A DNA stretch of 63,851 nucleotides, filler included, from Octopus bimaculoides (taxonomy: Eukaryota), in assembly GCF_001194135.2 (NCBI RefSeq). It is 5 parts of 5 records of this genome, joined end to end, with 100 filler letters (N's around TTAATTAATTAA, not from the genome) between each part and the next. Parts side by side here need not be neighbours in the genome. Positions count along the whole stretch, not along the records: positions 29,054 to 57,171 come from NC_068987.1; positions 57,272 to 62,596 come from NC_068984.1; positions 62,697 to 63,851 come from NW_026428245.1; 2 more parts are not named here. One strand, given 5' to 3'. Of the stretch, positions 51,784 to 63,851 are shown piece by piece; position 1 is the stretch's first letter; every line of letters begins with the position of its first letter. A program made the translations under genes and the position numbers. The notes below the pieces were generated by a model. The model did no database searches. It was not told the origin of the DNA and saw only the letters and a program-made list of their open reading frames with translations.

Positions 51784-52654
51784 TTGATGCTAAACAACGT
51801 AAAAGATTTTACTCACAGGTCCAAGCTGCGTTATTACGTGACTAGGACAATATTTTGACCTCCTACTTTGTAGTATATGTTAGCTTATCCAAAGCTGATT
51901 TTTTTATGTTAATGCTAAAACGTCAGATCAGATTTTACTGTATAGACTGGCGATCCAAAGGTCCATGGCCTGATCATCATGTCTTTTTTTTTCTTTCTTT
52001 TTCAGGCATTGAGCACCGGTGACAACATCATATAATACGTCCTTCTACTTTTAAGTCAAACGATCCGATGTGAAGCTTACCTACGGTTTCTAACTGGCAA
52101 CTGGCTATATTGCTCCCCTGCGTCTTGCAGAGTTTTATTAATCCCAACACAGAATGCAAGCGTTATTGGCCTGTAGATCGTAAATTGAAGATTACCAGTT
52201 CTCTACAGAATTTCTAGATGAGCCATTCGAATTATATTTGTCTTTAACATGATCCGGGGAGTGTTTTATGTGTGTTTGTGCCCATAAAACTATATTCAAA
52301 AGCCAGTTGCCACCCAGAAATGAACATGCAACTGAGCAAGTTTGTTCTAAAGTAACAGTTGTAAGGTATGCATGTGAGAATATGTTGGATAGAATCGGTG
52401 GTGCATCAGACAAAAATGCTTTTCAGCATTTAATAACGACCCCTTACATTCTGAGATCAAACCCCAACGAGGTCAACTTTGTATTTCATACTTCGGAGAG
52501 GAAATAAAATTAGAATAAAGCATCACTCTATAGAACACAAAGTTCATCTCGGTGGGACTTCAGATTCGGAGGCAGAGAACTGCATTAAATGATACAAGGC
52601 ATTCTATCCAACACATTAATAGATCAACCATTTCGTTTATAAATCTATGGATCG

Positions 52655-52756
<102 letters not shown>

Positions 52757-53589
52757 TCACTATCTCTTTCTCTCTCTCTTTCTTTCTTTCTCCTTCTGTT
52801 TATATTGTCCTTTTAAAATATACGAAATGACCTCTCGGCATTTATCTTGTGTACGGTCACGACCTACTTATATTTTTATGTATATATTTGTGTTTGTAAT
52901 CATTTTCAGACCTCTTGTTTTCAATCAACATGTTAATTGACTCACAATTAACTGGCCTCTCCTTTTTATAACTTCTTATTTCCCTCTCCATCTCTCATGG
53001 GCTCTCTTTTTCACTGTACATTCTTATCTTTCTACTCCCTCTTTCTCTATCTATTGGGTGTACCGTATTTGTTTATTCATTTCGCTTATTTTATTATGTT
53101 GTTTACTAATGTTTTGTTTATCCCTTTTGTGGTTGTCCAACTTAGTTTCTTCCTTCTTTTGTCTCTTTTCGTCTATCCTCCTGTCTATCCCCCTTTTTTT
53201 CTCTCGCTTCATTTTTCTCCCCCTCCTTACTCTCTGTTTGTGTTTTCTTTCTCCTTTTCTTCCTCCCTTTCACTTGTATCTTAATCCCTTTTTATCTTTC
53301 TCAGCAAATTGCTTATTTTTCTACTTTCCTCTTAAATCACTTTATAAATTGTGATTTACCAAAATATGCTCAAATCTAAGCATTAGTTCTCCTTAAAATA
53401 ATTCAATAAATTGTACTCTGATGATCCGTTGCAGATCAACATCCAATTACGCGTATAAAGTCCAATGTAGAGTTACGAACAACCACAATAGTGAAACGTA
53501 CGTAGGAGCAAATTATATAAACTTGTGTTTAATTTTAGTTTCTGCTATATATATATATATATATATANNNNNNNNNNATATATAAGGAA

Positions 53590-54000
53590 TATGAGAGGTT
53601 TAGTTCATTTGTGATCTAAAGGAATAGGTAAGCTCGGTAAGCACTATAGAAGGTCGACTGTTAGGTTCCAAGATCACAATATCACGGCTAAGGCTGGATC
53701 TAGAGTCCGTGTTAGGGTTCTGTTATATTAGTAATTGCGGTGAATCTATTATGGCCCAGGATATTCTATATGGTACTTTTCTATTTACTAGATGGTGTAT
53801 ATGGTTGGCTAGGGAGGTAGATTTGCTATGCTCCTCATACTTAAATGAGTTTATATGTGCAGAATATCTCTGTTTAAAATTGATACTAGATCCGATATAT
53901 TTGTATATCACGTTAAACTTTCTGCAGTTGGCTTGCAACGGTCGCGGACCGGCAGTTGCGGCTGTCTATCCTAAGAGTGTTATTAGTGGAAATGGAAGAT
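53590..54000 (-). mobile_element. Penelope-like element GIY-YIG endonuclease remnant
   Basis: NCR...[frameshift]...ANCRKFNVIYKYIGSSINFKQRYSAHINSFK...STSLANHIHHL...YRISWAII; flanked by (TA)n and (ATT)n. Confidence 0.82.
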
Positions 54001-54074
54001 ACAGTACTATTTGTGGAGAGATTAAAATTAAGGGTGTTATTAAGGGATTGATACTATTATAATTATTGTTGTTG

Positions 54075-54153
<79 letters not shown>

Positions 54154-54365
54154 CATCATTATTATTATTACTAGTATTGTCATTAGCAGTAGTAATGGTA
54201 ATATCACTCAATAACATATTTATAATTACTTTTACATTTTTTAGTTTATTTTTATTATTTTTATTTATATTTATATTTATATTTTATTCTTATTTTTACC
54301 CTTTTACTACTATCTTATATTTATTCCTTTTTCCTATCTTCCTTTCTCTCTTTTTCCCCTCTCTC

Positions 54366-54405
<40 letters not shown>

Positions 54406-54415
54406 NNNNNNNNNN

Positions 54416-54461
<46 letters not shown>

Positions 54462-54785
54462 TACACCCACTAACAAAACCCATTTATGTCTATCATACTT
54501 TCTATAAACACATTTACAATATGAATACATCATTCAAAATGCTGTCAAAATACTGCCTGGATTTACCTGGGATTTTAACTAAAGACCTCTACTTTCATGG
54601 ACGTACCGACCAATATCCATATCCTCTGAGATGAATTGAGAACATTATTTTCCTGCCAATATTCTTCTAACTACTCTTTATAATATACTCTTTATTCTTC
54701 TATTTTACTCCTTTATTCTTCCATATCATCTGTGAAGTCTATTCCTTGTGAATTTTTCCCCGTCTAAAATATTCATACTTTATCA

Positions 54786-54853
54786 CTGATGAAGGAATAC
54801 CCAGTGCATGGACATGCTAACCTACCACTTGGGTTATCCCAGAAACGGTTGTA
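54786..54853 (+). ncRNA. Degenerate hammerhead-like motif
   Basis: CTGATGA-A-[imperfect ~13-bp stem GGAATACCCAGTG/CACTTGGGTTATCC]-GAAAC-GGTT-GTA; helix I does not pair. Confidence 0.35.
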
Positions 54854-54926
54854 AGACTTCAAATTAAATTACTTTAAATGACTTGAGATACTCGTTCTGC
54901 TTTGGTTTTGATTGATTTTTCCTCTA

Positions 54927-54979
<53 letters not shown>

Positions 54980-55054
54980 CCTTCGTGAACGCGTGCTGAT
55001 GTTTGTGTGTGTATGTGCAGATATATACGTCTGTCGACATGAACATTTGTACTG

Positions 55055-55132
<78 letters not shown>

Positions 55133-55339
55133 ATATATACATACATACATACATACATACATACACATACATATAAATGAATACGTATGTATATATGGTG
55201 CATGTGTATATGTGTGTGATATAGATGGAGGATATATTGTGCATATATAAATCATTTGCAATCTTATTTGTTTTCTTTTTCTTATCTTTCTCTCTCACTA
55301 TATGTGTGTGCCTATGTCTGTGTGGATGTGTATATGTGC

Positions 55340-55431
<92 letters not shown>

Positions 55432-56035
55432 ACATATATACGTATACATGCAAATATATATATATATATATATACATATATACACACGCATCTATATACA
55501 TATGTACATACATACCGCAGCCACTTGGCTGAAACACATAAATAAATAAAAAAAATACATAAATACATACATGTGCGCAGTCTTTCAAATATGTTACACA
55601 TAATAAAGTGAACATATTCTTTTTGTTCATCGACATTTATATTATCTATATTCATATTCAATGAGTAATCTCTATACAGTTATCTCATGAATATATATTT
55701 GAATTAGTTACATATTTTTGACCTCTTGACCTTCGTTTAGGCAGGCAATAAAATACGATGGACCAACTAACACAAAAGTTTCTAACAGGGGACCAAGCAA
55801 TTTTATTTTCAACCTGTAAATAGATTGTATTGCCCGGAAGGTATTTGCAGCCAAAAACTTTCAGAAACTTCGATTACTTGCTAACGGTAATAGGCCAGCG
55901 AAATAGAAATAAGATATATTTATAAAGTTGGATTTATTATAATCTGTCTTTCAAACAACTAAGTTTACGGTTATAAAATAGGAAATTTGATTTCGAACTT
56001 CTTCAGGAATAGAACATATACATACATACATATAC

Positions 56036-56076
<41 letters not shown>

Positions 56077-56560
56077 NNNNNNNNNNNNNNNNNNNNNNNN
56101 NNNNNNNNNNNNNNNNNNNNNNNNNNNNNNNNNNNNNNNNNNNNNNNNNNNNNNNNNNNNNNNNNNNNNNNNNNNNNNNNNNNNNNNNNNNNNNNNNNNN
56201 NNNNNNNNNNNNNNNNNNNNNNNNNNNNNNNNNNNNNNNNNNNNNNNNNNNNNNNNNNNNNNNNNNNNNNNNNNNNNNNNNNNNNNNNNNNNNNNNNNNN
56301 NNNNNNNNNNNNNNNNNNNNNNNNNNNNNNNNNNNNNNNNNNNNNNNNNNNNNNNNNNNNNNNNNNNNNNNNNNNNNNNNNNNNNNNNNNNNNNNNNNNN
56401 NNNNNNNNNNNNNNNNNNNNNNNNNNNNNNNNNNNNNNNNATATATATTCTAGACTAGACTAGACTAGACTAGACTAGACTTCTCGTGACCCGTTGGGTC
56501 AACGTGGAAGTCTGAGTTTCCCAGCAATGTAGGTTTGTTTCGTAAGATTTTTTCTTTTCC

Positions 56561-56678
56561 ATGTTATTTCGCATGCTTTCAACGAATGTGACATCGAAAT
56601 CACGCGTAAATGGCTCCTTTCTCCAGAAAAAGAAAAATTTAGCTGCTATTTCTTGCACGCCCTGCTACTACGTAACAG
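56561..56678 (+). CDS. Candidate first coding exon for the SDR gene
   Basis: ATG at 56561 (or 56573), open to ACA G|gtatgt (phase 1). It splices in frame to 63342 and lies in locally CpG-richer unique sequence. The peptide itself is not recognisable. Confidence 0.35.
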
Positions 56679-57714
56679 GTATGTCGGGTCCTTTATCGCA
56701 AATAGCTGTTACGTGGTGGCAGGTGATGCTAAAAATAGTAGCCAAATCTTTGGAGGTGAGATACGTTGAATGCACTCGAAAGAAACCTATAGAAAAAAAA
56801 CTATTTCACACCAAGGTTAGGAACGGGTCATTTACGAAATATTTACCGTATTTTTAAAGTCATTTTCACTTTAAAATATTTTACCCTTCATAATGTGTCT
56901 AACGTTAAGAAATAGAGTTTCTGCCTTTTCAGGGTTAAGTATTTTCGGAGTATTTTCCCATTCTGCACCGCCTTGGATATTTATACCCCAATACCCCGAA
57001 TATCTCAATACATACTGGTTCGATTTACACGAAATGTGTCTTATTCCGTTCGTATTCACATTTCAGGGACCTTTTACATTCAAAGCATTTTTCCATTATG
57101 GGCCAGTTTGGGTGTGTAATATTGCAAGCAAGCAAGCAAGATTGAACTCCACTTTTAATATATTATATATANNNNNNNNNNNNNNNNNNNNNNNNNNNNN
57201 NNNNNNNNNNNNNNNTTAATTAATTAANNNNNNNNNNNNNNNNNNNNNNNNNNNNNNNNNNNNNNNNNNNNTATATATATATATATATATATATGTTTGT
57301 AGGGAGAGACAGAGAGAGAGAGAGAGTCACTTAATTTTTGCCCCCATCGACATCTTGACTTTAATTAAGCTACACATAATAGACATTGAATAATTGTCTG
57401 AGAGTCTGGTAGGTTAATTATTCACCAGCAGATTTTTGTTTTCTTCTAACCTGTTCCGACTTTCCAATATAACAATTCCGATTCTGTGTATGCATGTATG
57501 TATGTATGTATGCATGTATGTATGTGTGTGTGTGTGCGCGTGCGCTTGTGGGTTGTTGACTTGGCCTTTCCTATTTATTGGTCATCGATGCGTGTTTGTA
57601 TTTGTGCCTATTCGACTTAGTTCTTTCTCCCTCATTCCGTTAATGGTGGTTAGAGATTGTTACGGGAGACAGGCGTTCGGACGAACGGCTTTGCTTTTCG
57701 CTATAATATATTTA

Positions 57715-57754
<40 letters not shown>

Positions 57755-57764
57755 NNNNNNNNNN

Positions 57765-58010
57765 GAATGAACCCTGCTGTACTCTTTCACCACAACTTTC
57801 TCTCACTCTTTCTTCCTGTTTCTGTTGTGCCTATAATTCAAAGGGTCAGCCTTGTTACATTCTGTGTCACGCTGAATATCCCCGAGAACTACGTTAAGGG
57901 TACACGCGTCTGTGGAGTGCTCAGCCACTTGCACGTTAATTTCACGAGTAAGCTGTTCCGTTGATCGGATCAACTGGAACCCTCGACGTCGTAAGCGACG
58001 GAGTGCCAAC
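57765..58010 (+). mobile_element. SINE B+Y, 5' end lost in gap
   Basis: Matches the 3' two-thirds of the B+Y element. Confidence 0.88.
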
Positions 58011-58022
58011 AGAACAGATTAC

Positions 58023-58375
58023 ATTTGAGGGAGAATTAACAACTATTTCTTGCAGTGAATGGTTGTTGTTTAGTTCCCCAAGTCAGCCCTGGTACAACAG
58101 ACCTCTATATTCACGTGAATTTCAGGCCTTCGGCAACTGGAACTACATTATACAATGTACTCGTCTTCTATTTCTTTAAGACGGTGAGATTTTGCTTGAA
58201 TGAGAATTGGATGCTATTTCTAGCAGATAACTGTTGTTTATCCCTCAAGTCAGCCTTAATACAGTAGAAGTCTATATTCACAGAAATTCGGGTCTTGAGC
58301 TTCTTGGACTACATTATGTAGTTTGTCTTACCATTCTTTAAAAGACAGGTTTGATTTGAGGGAGAATTGTCTATT
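58023..58375 (+). repeat. Diverged tandem repeat, period about 165-175 bp
   Basis: Recurring gagaatt...ctatttct.gcag...gttgttta..cc.caagtcagcc...ctatattcac...actacattat. Confidence 0.65.
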
Positions 58376-60159
58376 ACCTTCAACGGAGAATTATTATTGT
58401 TTTAACTAAACTGTAATCTCCTGTTTTAACTAAACTCCTGTTTAAAGGCCTTTCGTTCTATCGCCCCACTTTTTTTTTTCTCTTATGAAACATTGTGTAC
58501 CTAGAATTATATTATCTGATGTGTTCGTTTCTAAGATGAATGATTAAGATTTGGCTATTTGTTCTAGCAAATTAAGCAGCTACGTCGATATCTCCCTATG
58601 TTAACTAGTTCCCCCAGTACAGAGAGTGTAGCAAGCTGTGTCACCTGCAGATGTGGGTTCAATTCCAGATTGAGTCGTTTTTCACACGACTTCCTCTTCG
58701 TTCGTGCGGATTTCTATTTGTGGGTCGGGACTTCGCGTAGTTTCTCTTTCATTAATGTTCGCACGAGGAAAACAATGTTAGACGCACATTGAACACATGC
58801 ATTCTCTCACGCATTCATATACAGACCGACACACATGCGCTTCCGCACGTTCGCATTTATCCATGAAGTCACAAACGTTCGGTCCTGTACAAGACAAGTG
58901 TGTTTCGATAATCGTCACAATGATTGAATGTTCTTTTTCTTTTTGTATTTTTCTTAAACGATCTCTAGCAAGTATTTACAAACTAGTGTCACTCGTTACA
59001 TGTACATGTTGGGTGACTTAGGAAATAAACTTTTGCTACCACGAGTAAGTAATACTAAGAAATATGTTTATACATACAGTCAATGTAATTTAACTTTTAT
59101 AAAAATTTCTTGATGCTTATACAAAAAGAGAAAATGAATACTAAATTTCTAAAACAAAAATATTTATCTTAAAAAATAAAATTCAATACAATATTCCTGT
59201 TCTTATTTCTAAATTTTATCAACGTAATCGCAGTTTCCACTATCGGAAACCTGTCTCTGAAAAATTTAACTTAAAAAAGAAAACGAAAAAAAAAAGTGAA
59301 ATGTGTATTTTTCAGACTGTTACGAAGTTGAGGCATTCATCCTGCACTTCTTATGTTAACTTTCTGTATCTCTCTTGTACATTTTCTGTCTGTTTCTAGT
59401 GGACATGTTTATAANNNNNNNNNNNNNNNNNNNNNNNNNNNNNNNNNNNNNNNNNNNNNNNNNNNNNNNNNNNNNNNNNNNNNNNNNNNNNNNNNNNNNN
59501 NNNNNNNNNNNNNNNNNNNNNNNNNNNNNNNNNNNNNNNNNNNNNNNNNNNNNNNNNNNNNNNNNNNNNNNNNNNNNNNNNNNNNNNNNNNNNNNNNNNN
59601 NNNNNNNNNNNNNNNNNNNNNNNNNNNNNNNNNNNNNNNNNNNNNNNNNNNNNNNNNNNNNNNNNNNNNNNNNNNNNNNNNNNNNNNNNNNNNNNNNNNN
59701 NNNNNNNNNNNNNNNNNNNNNNNNNNNNNNNNNNNNNNNNNNNNNNNNNNNNNNNNNNNNNATGTTCATTTCTCTCAATCTTTATGTTTTTATTCTATGT
59801 ACTTCCCACGTACTTCTCGCCTTCATTGTCTTTCTTTATTTGACTTATTGTCTATTCACTTACCGCTTCTTTTTATCTTCATCGATGACTTGTCGTACAC
59901 CTGACCGCTGTTAAACAATGAACTGGCAGAATCCATGCCGCACCGGACAAAATGCTTGGCGGCATTCTAGTTCTTTTTCTTTTCTGTGTTCAGGTGTCAC
60001 CATTTGTCTTTCGTCCCTTCGGAGTCGGTAAAATAAGTACCAGTTGAATACTAGTGCCGGTATACGAGACTGTTTCCCCACCACCACCACCACAACCACA
60101 ACAAGAAGTTGCTGCCGTTGTGGCAAAACATTGAAATAATAATAATAATTATTATCATT

Positions 60160-60450
60160 ATTATATGTGATAAGAAATTTGCTTCCCAACCGCATGTTTT
60201 CCAGTTCGGTCTCATTACATGACACCTTAGGCAAGTGTCTTCTGCTTTAGCCCTGGGCCAACCAAAGCCTCAGGAGTAGATTTGGATGACGGGCGAAGGA
60301 GTGGCTCTGTAGTAAGAAGCTTGCTTCCCTACCACATGGCTCCGGGTTCAGTCCCACTGCGTGGCACCTTGAGCAAGTGTCTTCTACTCTACCCTCGGGC
60401 AGACCAAAGCCTTGTGAGTGGATTTAGTAGATGGAAACTGAAAGAAGCCT
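60160..60450 (+). mobile_element. Two SINE family C heads in tandem
   Basis: About 60160-60285 (diverged) and 60293-60450. Confidence 0.75.
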
Positions 60451-60771
60451 ATATATATATATATACATATATATATACATATATATATATGTGTTTGTGT
60501 GTGTGTGTGTGTGTGTATACATAGAGAGATAGATAAATAGATAGAGAGAGAGAGAGAGGTTTGGTTGACGAGGTAAGAAATAATTGAGATTCAGTTGAAT
60601 TAGGTACTTAAGTTGAAGCACCAAGTCAGTCCGGTATTATCTGCACAGCTCAAAGTGAGGTGAATAAAATCAAGATAAGCAACAGGATATCTAGCAGTAA
60701 TGCAGTATGACTGGTTCAAGTGGTGAAACTGCATTACCACATGATATCCGGTTGCTTATTTTGAATATATA

Positions 60772-61432
60772 TCATCATCATCATCATCGTTTAACGTCCG
60801 CTTTCCATGCTGGCATGGGTTTGATGGTTTGACTGAGGACTGGCGAGCCAGATAGCTGCACCAAGCTCCAATCTGATCTGGCAGAGTTTCTACAGCTGGA
60901 TGCCCTTCCTAACGCCAACCACTCAAATAGTGTAGTGGGTGCTTTTACGTGCCACCGGCACAAGGGCCAGTCAGGCGGTACTGGCGACGGCCACGCTCAA
61001 ATGGTGTTTTTTATGTACCACCTGCACAGGAGCCAGTCCAGTGGCACTGGCAACGACCTCGCTTGAATGTTGTTTTTCCCCTACCACCAGTACAAGTGCC
61101 AATAAGGCGACGCTGGTAATGATCACGCTCAAATGGTACTTTTTATGTGCCACTGAGCGACCCTGGTAACGGTCATGCTCGGATGGTGCTTTTAACGTTT
61201 CATTGGCACGGGTACCAGTCAGCCGGTGCTGTCGTCAGCCACATCAGCAAATTTGATTTTGATTGTGATTTTGCTTGCCTCAACAGGTCTTCATAAGCAA
61301 AGCATTAGTAGGCTGGTTACACCGCTGGTATAGGCCACGGGTTATGGTCTCACTTGGCTTGCCGGGTCTTCTCAAGCACAGCATATTCCAAAGGTCTCAG
61401 TCACTAGTCATTGCCTTGGTGAGGCCCAATGC
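60772..61432 (-). mobile_element. RTE LINE 3' end (ORF tail, 3' UTR and (GAT)n tail)
   Basis: LGLTKAMTSD*DLW...EKTRQAK* followed by a UTR with short tandem repeats, ending ggacgttaaacgatgatgatg. It links the many short 3' UTR-only copies in the window to RTE. Confidence 0.8.
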
Positions 61433-61870
61433 ATTTGTGTCTGTGTTTGCCCCTCCCATCGCTTGACCACCGATGTTGGTGTGTTTACATCCCCATAACT
61501 TGGCAGTTAAGCAAAAGAGACCAATAGAATAAGTGCTAGGCTTAGAAAGAACAAGTCCTGGGGTCAATTTGATGGACTGATGGCAGTGCTCCAGCATGGC
61601 TGCAGTCAAATGACTGAAACAAGTAAAAAAATATAAGAATAAAAACCATTGTGCATGTGTGTGTCTGTATTTGCACTTGTCTGTTCCTCTACCACTTGAT
61701 AACCAGTATCGGTTTGTTTATGTCCCCAGAGCTTGGTGGTCAGCCCAAAACGGCCAATAGGATAAATAACAGACTTAAAAAAACAACAAGAAAACAAAAA
61801 TAATGTCTTGGGCTTGATTTGTTTCGCTAAAACCGTTCAAGGCAGTGCTCCAGCATGGCTGCAGTCAAAA
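61432..61870 (+). mobile_element. Two SINE family C tails in tandem
   Basis: Both end gcagtgctccagcatggctgcagtcaaa. Confidence 0.75.
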
Positions 61871-62696
61871 CAGATAGAAATTAAAGAAAGAAAAATGATC
61901 ACAAACCAAAAGGAAACAAATTGTCAAAGGCTATTATTAAATTGAGATAGCTACCCACTGCACACATAGACAGGCCAGACCAGACTGCTACCCTGCAAAA
62001 AAAAAAAAAAAAGAATCAGAAAAAAAAAGAAAAAGAAAATTACCTGCACCTTCAATTAATTGATACAAGGTTACTCACCAACTCAGTTTGACATCTGGTC
62101 ACCAGACTTACTGTCTCCTCAGTTACCCTTTCTATGGCTACTACAAACTGATCTTTTGATCGTAGGAGCTGGCTAAACTATAGTCACACCTCTGTTTTGG
62201 CTCCACCAGACCCTTGCTCCTCATATGCTTTATCATATGCACTTATCAACCCTAGGACCCAAACCTTTATCATTTTACCACTTTCCCTGGTTTTATTTCT
62301 CACAGAAGTCATTGAACCCTCTAAAATTGCCTCCTGTGCAAAGATTTGTTTTTTTTTTGTTCTACAGTTGTGTCCAAGAATAATATTACATGGGTTGGCG
62401 GAGAGAGAAAGAAAGATAATGGTTGAAACAACAAAGAAAAAGATGAATAATAAATGCATACACATACACACTCTCTCACACACAGAGATATGTGTGTGTG
62501 TGTGTGATATACATATACATATATAGTTATGCGTATATGTGTATTTGTATCTCTATCTCACCCTCTCTGCCTCATATATATATATATATATATATANNNN
62601 NNNNNNNNNNNNNNNNNNNNNNNNNNNNNNNNNNNNNNNNTTAATTAATTAANNNNNNNNNNNNNNNNNNNNNNNNNNNNNNNNNNNNNNNNNNNN

Positions 62697-62990
62697 TTGA
62701 GCGAAAACACCTAAAGCTCCATGAGGCTCCGGCAGGGTATGGTGGCAAACCCAGCTGTACTCTTTCACCAAAACTTTCTCTCACTCTTAATTCCTGTTTC
62801 TGTTGTAACTGTAATTCAAAGGGTCAGCCTTGTCACACTGTGTCATGCTGAATATCCCTGAGAACTACGTCAAGGGTACACTTATCTGTGGAGTGCTCAG
62901 CCACTTGCACGTTAATTTCACGAGCAGGCTGTTCCATTGATCGGATCAACTGGAACCCTTGACGTCGTAAGCGACGGAGTGCCAACAACA
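62697..62990 (+). mobile_element. SINE B+Y, 5' end lost in gap
   Basis: Matches the B+Y element. Confidence 0.88.
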
Positions 62991-63341
62991 GTTTTGGGCT
63001 ACAAGCCCAATTAGCCCTCTGCAAGAGTTAGCCTGAAAGTCCACATGGAGTGCAGCTTTTAAGCTAGTCTTTAATAAATTAATAGTTAAACAGTATTATT
63101 CTTATTGATAATGTAAGCTTAATACAAATATGTAAATAAAAAATGTCTTTTATTTCATTTTATTGAAATTTGATAAATATTTATTTTAAAAATTGGTATT
63201 CATTTCATTATTTTTGTATAAACACTGGAGTTTGAATAAAGTAAAATTTTATCATAATAACTATGTAACATTACGTGCTGTGTGACAGGTAACATCCAAA
63301 TGCATAAATATGCTTTAATTGTTATCTTTTTCCTCTTTCAG

Positions 63342-63399
63342 TTGACTCACTCAATATATTCCAACGTAGGCTTTTTGTCACTGGTGGAGCTGGCTTTGT
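63342..63399 (+). CDS. Exon of an extended SDR NAD-dependent epimerase/dehydratase (dTDP-glucose 4,6-dehydratase/TGDS-like)
   Basis: tttttcctctttcag|TT GAC...TTT GT|gtatgt; 58 nt, phase 1/2. Translates DSLNIFQRRLFVTGGAGFV, containing the GGxGxxG Rossmann start. The TGDS versus UXS1 call rests on one short motif. Confidence 0.7.
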
Positions 63400-63544
63400 G
63401 TATGTTCTCTTTTTAATTTCTCTTGTATTATATTTGCTATTCAGAGATCAAAGTAACTTCATTTAAAATAAGTTGACATTCAGTGACTATTTACTCTATC
63501 AATAAAAGAAAACTATTCCCTATGTCATATTGTGCATTGTGTCT

Positions 63545-63755
63545 TGTACCGCCTGACTGGCCTCCATGCAGGTGTCACGTAAAAGCACCCACTACACTCT
63601 CTGAGTGGTTGGCGTTAGGAAGGGCATCCAGCTGTAGAAACTCTGCCAAATCAGATTGGAGCCTGGTGTTGCCATCCGGTTTCACCAGTCCTCAGTCAAA
63701 TCGTCCAACCCATGCTAGCATGGAAAGCGGACGTTAAACGATGATGATGATGATG
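63545..63755 (+). mobile_element. RTE 3' UTR copy
   Basis: Close match to the 60772 copy; ends acgttaaacgatgatgatgatg. Confidence 0.85.
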
Positions 63756-63851
63756 AAATCCTTAATTTGTTTCCCCTACTTTTCTTGGGTAGAATTAACC
63801 ACTAAGGTAATGATTCTTTTCCTCAACACTCAGAGTGTGTTTGTAATTAAT

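Noticed and set aside
51985-52035. Strong + strand acceptor tttctttttcag| near 52005
   Set aside because: All three frames stop within ten codons and no partner exon is evident.

Overview
AT-rich, microsatellite- and repeat-dense animal genomic DNA from a gappy draft assembly. The repeat families and simple-repeat load suggest an octopus or other coleoid cephalopod; this is inference, not a database result. Genes: (1) a minus-strand OATP/SLCO organic anion transporter with three well-supported coding exons (7420-6580, 6217-6131, 4548-4300) covering about TM1-TM6; the C-terminal half is not cleanly present. (2) A plus-strand exon at 63342-63399 encoding a TGGAGF Rossmann motif of an extended-SDR nucleotide-sugar enzyme (TGDS-like), with a phase-compatible candidate first exon at 56561-56678. 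Most of the rest is mobile DNA: several modular tRNA-derived SINE families, RTE LINE 3' ends, a HERO-like RLE retrotransposon fragment, a maT-like (37-residue spacing) Tc1/mariner fragment, a Penelope GIY-YIG remnant, a TTAA piggyBac-like MITE, and hAT and Helitron-like ends. The most interesting signals are type I hammerhead-ribozyme motifs in two repeat families (one recurring as inverted pairs) and a clean 2x2 head/tail module exchange among SINEs. Nearly all long ORFs in the ORF track are microsatellite or N-gap artefacts. No CRISPR, rRNA or genuine tRNA gene was found. Repeat boundaries were read by eye and are approximate, and the family labels A, B, C, E and tail labels X, Y, Z are my own.
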